Shown: positions 24,781-31,627 of the stretch, piece after piece
How the letters are laid out: each line of letters opens with the position of its first letter
Position numbering within the stretch: the first letter of the stretch is position 1
From: a virus
Lineage: Duplodnaviria > Caudoviricetes
Length of the DNA stretch: 31,627 bases
Reading direction: 5' to 3' (one strand)
Virus record (IMG/VR): IMGVR_UViG_3300042340_000306
Coordinates: 1-31,627 of that record
Notes under the pieces: generated by a model
What the model saw: only the letters and a program-made list of their open reading frames with translations
Databases searched by the model: none
Told to the model about the DNA's origin: nothing
Program-made: the position numbers and the translations under genes

Positions 24781-25469
24781 ACCTCAAGATCCTCGATCCC
24801 CAGCCAACGTGCACCCGCTGCGACCTGCACTCCGCAGGGATCAAGAATCCCGGCGTGCCGTGGCGCCTGCTCTCCACCTCACGCAACGAGGCCGTCGTCC
24901 TGATCCTCGGCATGAACCCCGGCTTCCACGAGGATGTCGCCAACTCATGCTGGCAAGGACGCTCGGGCAAGGTGATGACCGAGTCCTACGTCAACGGGTC
25001 CCGCATCAACGACCACGCTGACATCTGGCTCGGCAACATTGCCCGCTGCTACACGCCCACCGGCAAGGCTCCCACCAACAGGCAGTACCGGGCCTGCTGG
25101 ATGGAGCACGGCACCAAGGACTTCCTCACGATCATGAGGAACTACGGGGCTGCGCGGTTCCGCGCCGCGCTCTGCGCCGGCGCAGATCCGCTCGCACACC
25201 TGACCCGATGGGCGACGGGCAAGTCGATGAAGCAGTCCGACGCCTTCCTCAAGCAAGGCCTCTCGCTCTCCATCGAAGGCGTCCAGTTCAACCTGTTCTC
25301 CACCTTCCACCCGTCCGCAGTTCTGCGTGACCCGGACAAGATCCACTCCGTCTCGGATCACCTCGCCATCCTCCGCTCTCACCTCAGGGGAGACACGCCC
25401 TCCGCGTCGGAGCCGCGCATCGTCTCCCCCCACCAGCTCCTGCTCGCAGCAGGGCAGAAAGAACCGTGA
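24777..25469 (+). CDS. Uracil-DNA glycosylase family 4-like protein (230 aa)
   Basis: CTRCDL plus two further Cys (Fe-S type), GMNPG, NIARC and FHPSAVLR. ATGA-coupled start at 24777. Confidence 0.8.
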   Translation: MNLKILDPQPTCTRCDLHSAGIKNPGVPWRLLSTSRNEAVVLILGMNPGFHEDVANSCWQGRSGKVMTESYVNGSRINDHADIWLGNIARCYTPTGKAPTNRQYRACWMEHGTKDFLTIMRNYGAARFRAALCAGADPLAHLTRWATGKSMKQSDAFLKQGLSLSIEGVQFNLFSTFHPSAVLRDPDKIHSVSDHLAILRSHLRGDTPSASEPRIVSPHQLLLAAGQKEP

Positions 25470-25687
25470 TGACCAAGGGCATCGTCCAGTCCGCGCTCGA
25501 CTTCATCGAGCACAACGACAAGTACTACATCAACAACTACAGCTTCGGCGTGCAGACGCTCACCGACCTGGCGAAGAACGGTCTCGACGCCCGCATGCGC
25601 CTGATCCATGCCAACGACCACATCAAGAAGCTCATCAACGAGATCGATGAGCTCAAGGCCCAGCTCAACGAAAAGGAGTCACTGTGA
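25466..25687 (+). CDS. Hypothetical protein with coiled-coil C-terminus (~73 aa)
   Basis: Coupled on both sides; preceded by AGGGCAGAAAG. Confidence 0.7.
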   Translation: MMTKGIVQSALDFIEHNDKYYINNYSFGVQTLTDLAKNGLDARMRLIHANDHIKKLINEIDELKAQLNEKESL

Positions 25688-26298
25688 CCACCGCATTCGC
25701 ATCCCGCACCCGTCCGTTCACCAGCCCGCACCCCATCAAGCAGCTCAAGCAGGACATCGTCAAGCTCAAGAAGCAGCGCTTCCTCGAGCGTGACTACCGC
25801 ATCGCCGAGCTCATCGAGTCCGCTCCCTCCGACAACAAGGACCGCATGTACTGGACCATGGTGTACGACCTCGAGGAGGCGCCGACCGTGACGGGACGGC
25901 AGATGATCCTCGAGCACGGCATCGTGCCCGTCCCGCTCCAGGAGCTGTCCGCCACGTCCGACCTGCACGACGAGCTGTGGACCATCATCGAGGCGCTGGC
26001 CAAGTGCGGCGTCTACCTCATCAACACCAACCACCTGTGCGACCGTGACCTGTACGCCCGCCTGTTCTACAAGATCCTCGATGAGCCGTGCCGCATGATG
26101 CCGCCCGCCGCCGAGGCTGCCGAGTTCATCGACTGCCTCCACCAGATGGACGTCGAGTACCCGCTCGGCAAGCAGGTCGCGCCCATCACCGGAGCACCGG
26201 AACCCAGCAACCCGGACACCCCATACGTCCGCGGTCCGCAGTTCAACTTCATCGGAGTGCTCTGCTCCCGTGATGCGTACCTGCCCCGACCCTGGTGA
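25684..26298 (+). CDS. Hypothetical protein (204 aa)
   Basis: AAGGAG SD, GTGA overlap, strong codon bias. Confidence 0.8.
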   Translation: MTTAFASRTRPFTSPHPIKQLKQDIVKLKKQRFLERDYRIAELIESAPSDNKDRMYWTMVYDLEEAPTVTGRQMILEHGIVPVPLQELSATSDLHDELWTIIEALAKCGVYLINTNHLCDRDLYARLFYKILDEPCRMMPPAAEAAEFIDCLHQMDVEYPLGKQVAPITGAPEPSNPDTPYVRGPQFNFIGVLCSRDAYLPRPW

Positions 26299-26304
26299 TC
26301 ACAC

Positions 26305-26653
26305 GGGGCAGGGCCCGACTCTCTGACGAGGCGCATCGACATGTGTCGACTGCGTGCGTCGGGACCCTGCCCCACCAAACCACCCCGGACAAGGTCAAGG
26401 CCATGACCATGTCCACGTGGGGCGCACCGCAGATCCTCCGCCCGTACAGCGGAGGGAAGGTGCGTCCGTATCCCACAGCCATCCGTCCTCCTCTGAGCAC
26501 CGTCGCCTCTGCTACTCCCTGCCGTGATATCCGCGCACAGTACGCACGCACACTACGGTCACCACGATAAGGCTCTGGCTGGTGGGGTACATTCACGAAA
26601 GCCTTTCTGCCCAGCGGGCGGCGGGACCGAGACGACGGAACCCCGCCGCCCGC
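26305..26653. ncRNA. Candidate structured RNA or regulatory region
   Basis: Four strong stems in a ~370-nt gap with no convincing ORF. Confidence 0.35.
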
Positions 26654-26674
26654 ATGGTTTATCCGGAGACACCC

Positions 26675-26917
26675 ATGACCGACGACATCTGGCTTCAGCA
26701 CGCCGGCGCCACCTGCCTCGGCCCGTCCGACATCCTCTCGCAGCTCATCTCTCGATACGCCAGCAGCGCCGCCAAGGACTCCTCGTTCGCAGACAAGCGC
26801 GCCCTCCGTCAGACCATCGAGGAGATTGCCATGCTGCGCAGAGTCAACAAGGAACTGCGCGAACGCAACACCCGTCTGCTCTCACAACTCCAGGAGTACG
26901 AAGCCCGTGAGTACTAA
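26675..26917 (+). CDS. Hypothetical protein with coiled-coil C-terminus (80 aa)
   Basis: GGAG SD before ATG 26675. Confidence 0.7.
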   Translation: MTDDIWLQHAGATCLGPSDILSQLISRYASSAAKDSSFADKRALRQTIEEIAMLRRVNKELRERNTRLLSQLQEYEAREY

Positions 26918-28808
26918 GCCCCTCATCATCTCCCTCGACGTCGAGACCTACGGCGCCTTCTCCTGCTGGGACAAGGGCTCCGGTGCGTGCCCCGACCAGA
27001 CCGTCTTCAACCCCGCCCTCTCAAAGCAGATCGACCGCGTCCACCTGCCGTGTCGCCTTGTCCCGCAGTGTGCCGTGACCATCGTCTCCGGCGAACCCTC
27101 GGACCCCACCGGCTGGGAACCCAAGGAGACGGCGGTCTTCGATATGTGCACCGAGCAGCACCTGGTCCTCGACCTGGTCCGCAAGGCGGACACCATCGTC
27201 GGATCAAACATCGTGTACGACCTGTCGTACCTGCGTGAGTTCTCCGGCTTTGCCTCGTGGCTCGTCGAGTACCCGCTGCCCACTCTGGTGGACACGATCA
27301 TCCTGTCGTGGCTGCACTCCGGCACCCGCAAGGAGCGCTCGCTCAAGGCACTCGGCCCCGCACTCGGCGCCTTTGCCTACGACCGCACGCTCAAGGCCGG
27401 CAAGTTCCCGTTCCCCATGTGCGCCGACGCCATCAAGTACAACGCGCAGGACACGCACAACGCAGTGCTCGCCGCGCGCGCCCTGGCCCAGCGCATCCAC
27501 GACGAGCAGGGTCGCAAGCTCACGCCGTCCGCCATCATGTTCCACTCCGACCGGCTGTGGAATATCCTCGACCTCTCGCACAACGGCCAGCACTTCAACC
27601 GCTACGAACTGTACTGCGCCGCCGACAACCTGGCACACACAACAGCGGTGATCGGCGCTGAGTTGTACAAGTCAGAGATCTTTCCGTCCGGCGAGGGCAG
27701 CGGCTCCTCCCAATCCGCGCTGATCGACCGCGCCTCGTCCGCCGCAGCCGACTACATGCTGGAGCTGCACGACTCGCGCCTCCTCGAGTACTCCGACAAG
27801 AAGCGCAGCGTCCGCAACAACCGGGAGAACCGCAAGGTCCTGACCGCCATCCTCCGTGACCGCAACCCCAACGACGACGACGCCCAGCTCCTCGAGTACA
27901 TCTCAACCTACGCCTCCGAGCACAGCATCGAGCAGGAGATCCGGAAGATCCTGTCTCAGCGGATCCACCGTGGCAACAACGAGTACATCCCGTCCGGCTG
28001 CTTCACCCTCGGCGACCAGGTCTCCTGCTACCCCTCCTGGTACGGAGCCCCCACCGACGAGGGTGGCGTGCAGTCCGTGCGTCTGTCATGCCGGCGACCC
28101 GCAGCCCAGACCTGGTCCAAGGACATCCGCGAACTGATGACCGACCCCACCGGCCAGCGAGTGTGGCGAATGGACATGACCGCATTCGAGCTCCGCGTGG
28201 CAGCAGCCATCTCCCGCGACCGAAAGATGCGGGACTTCGCCTTTGCCCACGACCCGTACCTCGCCCTGCCCGGCGACCGCAACCTCGCCAAGACCGCCCT
28301 GCTGGTGGGCGTGAACGGCGGTGGTCCCGACAAAGCGTGGCGCACTGCCATCGCCACGACCGGCAGGCTCATCACCCTGCCTGAGGTCCGTGCCCTACCC
28401 ATCTTCTCCGCCTGGCAGGACTATGCCAACACCCGCTCGGCCTGGTTCGATGACGGCAAGGAAGGCAAGCTCCGCCTCATGGAGGCGGACATCCTCTACA
28501 CCCACAGTCCTGCCCGCACCATCCACGACACCACGTCGTTCATGGTGCAGGGCACGTCTGCCGTGTTCATGACCATGATCCAGTCCCGCCTCATGCAGGA
28601 CACCGTCGACCAGTACCGCTTCAACCTGCAGCTCCACGACGAGCTGATCTTCACCACCAGCCAGACGAACCCGGCCGTAGTCCGGGACACCATCGCCAAG
28701 TCCATCTTCATCTGGTCCAACGAACTGTTCGGCACGAGCCTGCCCTTCACCTTCAAGCTGTCGTACACTGAAGGCACAGGTGAAGCGCGAGTACACCATC
28801 CTTGTTGA
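26907..28808 (+). CDS. polA: Family A DNA polymerase with 3'-5' exonuclease, highly divergent (633 aa)
   Basis: Exo I LDVETYG, Exo II NIVYD, Exo III YNAQD. Motif A MDMTAFELRV, motif B RNLAK, motif C LQLHDEL. GTG start after AGGAG. Confidence 0.88.
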   Translation: MSTKPLIISLDVETYGAFSCWDKGSGACPDQTVFNPALSKQIDRVHLPCRLVPQCAVTIVSGEPSDPTGWEPKETAVFDMCTEQHLVLDLVRKADTIVGSNIVYDLSYLREFSGFASWLVEYPLPTLVDTIILSWLHSGTRKERSLKALGPALGAFAYDRTLKAGKFPFPMCADAIKYNAQDTHNAVLAARALAQRIHDEQGRKLTPSAIMFHSDRLWNILDLSHNGQHFNRYELYCAADNLAHTTAVIGAELYKSEIFPSGEGSGSSQSALIDRASSAAADYMLELHDSRLLEYSDKKRSVRNNRENRKVLTAILRDRNPNDDDAQLLEYISTYASEHSIEQEIRKILSQRIHRGNNEYIPSGCFTLGDQVSCYPSWYGAPTDEGGVQSVRLSCRRPAAQTWSKDIRELMTDPTGQRVWRMDMTAFELRVAAAISRDRKMRDFAFAHDPYLALPGDRNLAKTALLVGVNGGGPDKAWRTAIATTGRLITLPEVRALPIFSAWQDYANTRSAWFDDGKEGKLRLMEADILYTHSPARTIHDTTSFMVQGTSAVFMTMIQSRLMQDTVDQYRFNLQLHDELIFTTSQTNPAVVRDTIAKSIFIWSNELFGTSLPFTFKLSYTEGTGEARVHHPC

Positions 28809-29385
28809 CGAGCGGGAGAAGAAGCCGTTCACCTTCCCCGAGCACATCGTCTGCCTGGATCCATCGCGTGACCCGTGCCGTCAGTCGGGTATCACCGTCC
28901 GCATCCGCACCCAGAAGCGCACGCTCAAGACGGGTGACTACCAGATTGACGGGAACCCCGCCGTCGTCGAGCGGAAGGGATCCATCGACGAGATCACGCA
29001 GAACCTCCTGACCCCTGACGGCCGCCGCCGGTTCGCCGAATGCTGCCGCCGTCTCCGGGACGGCACTCCCCGCCCGCTCCTCCTCCTTGAGGGGCTGGTG
29101 GGGATGCCTGAACCAAAGGCAGGAAAGCCGCACCCGGGTCTTGCGATCGACGCCCTAATGCGTATCCTGCAGGAGTACGCCATCGGTCTCATGGTCCTCC
29201 CCACCAGCACAGCAGGCCAGCGCAGGGCAGCGGGTGAGTGGGCAGCCAGGTGGCTCATCACGCAGGAACACCATGTCATACATCACACTCACGACCGACG
29301 TCAAGAACTTTCAGAAGGCAACGTTCACGGCGTCAGTAGCGACTGCCCCGAGCGGAGTGTCGACGGCGGGCAAGCCGACAGCTAG
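28780..29385 (+). CDS. ERCC4/XPF-family nuclease
   Basis: ILVDERE, LKTGDY and VERKGSIDE motifs. Confidence 0.85.
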   Translation: MKREYTILVDEREKKPFTFPEHIVCLDPSRDPCRQSGITVRIRTQKRTLKTGDYQIDGNPAVVERKGSIDEITQNLLTPDGRRRFAECCRRLRDGTPRPLLLLEGLVGMPEPKAGKPHPGLAIDALMRILQEYAIGLMVLPTSTAGQRRAAGEWAARWLITQEHHVIHHTHDRRQELSEGNVHGVSSDCPERSVDGGQADS

Positions 29386-29752
29386 CAACTCTGCCATCTT
29401 TGGCTCGAGCCTCAACTACATGAAGCTCAAGCTGTATTCATCCGGAACGGCAGCACCAACTGTTTACGTCTTTGGTTGGTCATTCCGTTCGGAAACAAAC
29501 GCCTTTGTTCCGCAGCTTCTGTGCTCCTTCAACACCACCTTGAATGCTTCAAGCCAAACGCTTGATAGCGCAACGGTATACGAAGCGGCGACGTTTACCC
29601 CGCTCACCGGCGACTGCAAGATCTACAACGGCGTGGGCGGAACGGGTAATGGTGGGTTTGTCATGATTGACACTGTCGGCACCCAGTTTATCGAGGTCTA
29701 CGCCGTCGATGGCGCAGGCAACACCATCACCGTCCTCAGCTCGGGGCTTTAA
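29273..29752 (+). CDS. Putative virion beta-rich protein (159 aa)
   Basis: T/S/G/A-rich; AGGA SD before ATG 29273. Confidence 0.65.
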   Translation: MSYITLTTDVKNFQKATFTASVATAPSGVSTAGKPTASNSAIFGSSLNYMKLKLYSSGTAAPTVYVFGWSFRSETNAFVPQLLCSFNTTLNASSQTLDSATVYEAATFTPLTGDCKIYNGVGGTGNGGFVMIDTVGTQFIEVYAVDGAGNTITVLSSGL

Positions 29753-29755
29753 TCC

Positions 29756-31096
29756 ATGTACGAATACCGAAACCGTACGCGGTCGCTGTTTACAAACTCT
29801 GGTTCCACCGACAGTATTCGCGCCAAGCAATTCATCCGTGATGCCATCGCAGGCACGGATAGCGTTGACATTCTGATTGGTGGAGACAGCAACACCAATT
29901 ACGGCGGATGGGGGTGGTGCGATGGAATGACTAGCGCATTGGTGACCGCTGGTGCATTGCACTACAGCACGCCGCTTGTTCCCGTGTTCTCCCGAGAGAG
30001 TGCAACCTACTACGGGTTCCAATCAAAGTTTGATTCCTACAGCCGAATTTGGGACGATGGAAGTGTTCAAAACGCCACCGGAACTGGCGCACTCGGCAAC
30101 TCGCTTGTACGCGGAGATTCAGCGCCTGCTGGCCTTTACAATCTGCTGAATCGCACCTCCGGCACGTTGCGGCCGAACGCTTCCCCGTTCTATTTCGGAT
30201 ACTTTGCTGGCTCAAACAACTGGGCCGATTTCCTTGGTGGCATCTACACAACCGACGACACTACGCAACTTGCATGGCAGGGTAGCGCCCTGAGTTACCG
30301 CGTCGTGTATGCCAAGGGTCCATCGATGGGATCGTTCCAGCCAACTTTCCGTCGCAATGGCGGCGGCGATGCGTTGGTGATTGCCGGCACTCGCGTCAAC
30401 TGTGCGGATGCAGCCGGGTATTCATGGAATACCACGGAACTATCCATCAGCGCAGACGCAAATCGCAATACCGCAGGCCGCGCTTATTTGGCCGCATATG
30501 CGGACAACACTTGGGGCAACTACTACATCACGGGTCAGGTCGCTCTCGCGCTGCACAGCTTGAGCCGATCAGTCAAGGGCGTTGCCGTACAGTCAATCAG
30601 TCACTACGGTGGAGCAACCACGAATCAGGTTGCGCTTGATGTATTCGGTGCTACCCTTGTAATTTCCCAATACATGAGGGAAACTCGCGCACGGCAGATT
30701 GCAAGAGGTGGCACGGGCCGAGTCATTGTGATGTTCCAGGGCGGAATCAACGGAACGGGTTCAAGCACGTTTGCAGCCGACTGCACCATGTTCATGGAAA
30801 CCTGTCGGTCTTGCTGGCTTGCTCTTGGGTATCCCGTGACCGATCTTGGGTTCATTGGTCTGACTTCGCATCAGAACAACAATCCCGACACCCTCACCGC
30901 TGTCCGTGCGAGTGCGGCAACGCTCGCAAATACATACACGATGATTAACGGTGCATCGTTGGCTTCGTATGCGACCCTGCTGACGGGATCAGGTGGCACT
31001 TCCTACTTTGCCAATGCAGTCACCGAACGGCAGCATCTCACCGAAGCCGGGTACAAATACATCTGCGGCCAACTGGTAACCGCTTTGACATCATGA
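29756..31096 (+). CDS. SGNH/GDSL hydrolase-like, probably virion-associated protein (446 aa)
   Basis: ILIGGDSNT (block I), GGIN (block III), HLTEAGY (block V). Confidence 0.6.
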   Translation: MYEYRNRTRSLFTNSGSTDSIRAKQFIRDAIAGTDSVDILIGGDSNTNYGGWGWCDGMTSALVTAGALHYSTPLVPVFSRESATYYGFQSKFDSYSRIWDDGSVQNATGTGALGNSLVRGDSAPAGLYNLLNRTSGTLRPNASPFYFGYFAGSNNWADFLGGIYTTDDTTQLAWQGSALSYRVVYAKGPSMGSFQPTFRRNGGGDALVIAGTRVNCADAAGYSWNTTELSISADANRNTAGRAYLAAYADNTWGNYYITGQVALALHSLSRSVKGVAVQSISHYGGATTNQVALDVFGATLVISQYMRETRARQIARGGTGRVIVMFQGGINGTGSSTFAADCTMFMETCRSCWLALGYPVTDLGFIGLTSHQNNNPDTLTAVRASAATLANTYTMINGASLASYATLLTGSGGTSYFANAVTERQHLTEAGYKYICGQLVTALTS

Positions 31097-31115
31097 GCAT
31101 CTCTAAAACAAAGCC

Positions 31116-31334
31116 ATGACCCTAGAGCAGAACAACGTCGTCCGTCTTTCCGCACGCGACTGGGCCGGCATCATTGGTGTGGCCTTGACCCTGCTCACCA
31201 TCCTCGGCAGCGCGTACCTCACGCACGACCGACTGCTCATGCAACTAGTAACCCAACAGGAGTCGATCAACCGCCGGCTGGACAAGATCGAAGACAAGCT
31301 TGACGCGACTCCTGCTCATCCTTCTTCTCGCTAA
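31116..31334 (+). CDS. Small membrane protein, holin-like (72 aa)
   Basis: One TM helix (WAGIIGVALTLLTILGSAYL) followed by a coiled coil. Confidence 0.55.
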   Translation: MTLEQNNVVRLSARDWAGIIGVALTLLTILGSAYLTHDRLLMQLVTQQESINRRLDKIEDKLDATPAHPSSR

Positions 31335-31626
31335 CTTCTGGCTGGTGGGGTGCAGCCCGCTCGCCAAGGTGAGCAGCAACACCAACGCCATCCGCGAGGA
31401 AGCCCAGGTCCTCATCGACCACGGCCAAGCAACGGGTGACCGGGAGGTAGTGACCCGTGCCCAGCGCATCAACGATCTGGCTGCTGATACTCACACTCAA
31501 CTATCTGGTCTGGAGGACAAGGTGCCCGCCTGGCTCACCACTCTATGGATGGCGGCACTCGCCGTGGTGGTCGTGGGCGTGGTCGTGCTGCTCTGGCAGA
31601 CGGGCCTCGGCACCGCCGTCCGTGTC
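31300..31626 (+). CDS. Lipoprotein with a second TM helix, unimolecular-spanin-like (partial)
   Basis: Hand-translated from TTG 31300: MTRLLLILLLANFWLVG-C lipobox, ~60-aa helical segment, TM LWMAALAVVVVGVVVLLW, open to the edge. Confidence 0.6.
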   Translation, partial: MTRLLLILLLANFWLVGCSPLAKVSSNTNAIREEAQVLIDHGQATGDREVVTRAQRINDLAADTHTQLSGLEDKVPAWLTTLWMAALAVVVVGVVVLLWQTGLGTAVRV

Positions 31627-31627
31627 G

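Noticed and set aside
26295-26570. 91-aa ORF in the gap before the polymerase operon
   Set aside because: Lacks the local C-ending codon bias and an SD, is R/T/P-rich, and coincides with strong stems. Not fully excluded.

Overview
The window is a large piece of a GC-rich tailed dsDNA phage genome, probably podovirus-like because no tape measure, tail tube or sheath gene is visible. A lipoprotein spanin candidate suggests a diderm host. The left arm (minus strand, 1-16692) is morphogenesis: a ~960-aa charged protein, probable TerS, TerL, portal, scaffold and major capsid followed by a UUCG terminator. After these come a tightly coupled array of small basic and Dps-like genes, a neck/tail protein, a tail-fibre protein and a Cys-rich protein. 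A divergent promoter (~16695-16740) drives a stand-alone D5/P4-type SF3 helicase. A 480-nt non-coding junction (18165-18644) carries a 20-bp perfect palindrome, a hairpin cluster and a G-to-C strand-skew flip. The right arm (plus strand) starts with early genes, most separated by a long hairpin plus a (GGG)CAGAAAGG motif, including two related OB-fold/SSB-like genes. It continues with DUF932/DUF6878/DUF6915/DUF3085-like genes, a family-4-like UDG, a structured 370-nt non-coding gap, a very divergent family A DNA polymerase and an ERCC4 nuclease. It ends with SGNH-like, holin-like and unimolecular-spanin-like genes. Family names come from motif recognition by eye, not from database searches. 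No tRNA, rRNA, CRISPR array, integrase or primase was recognised.
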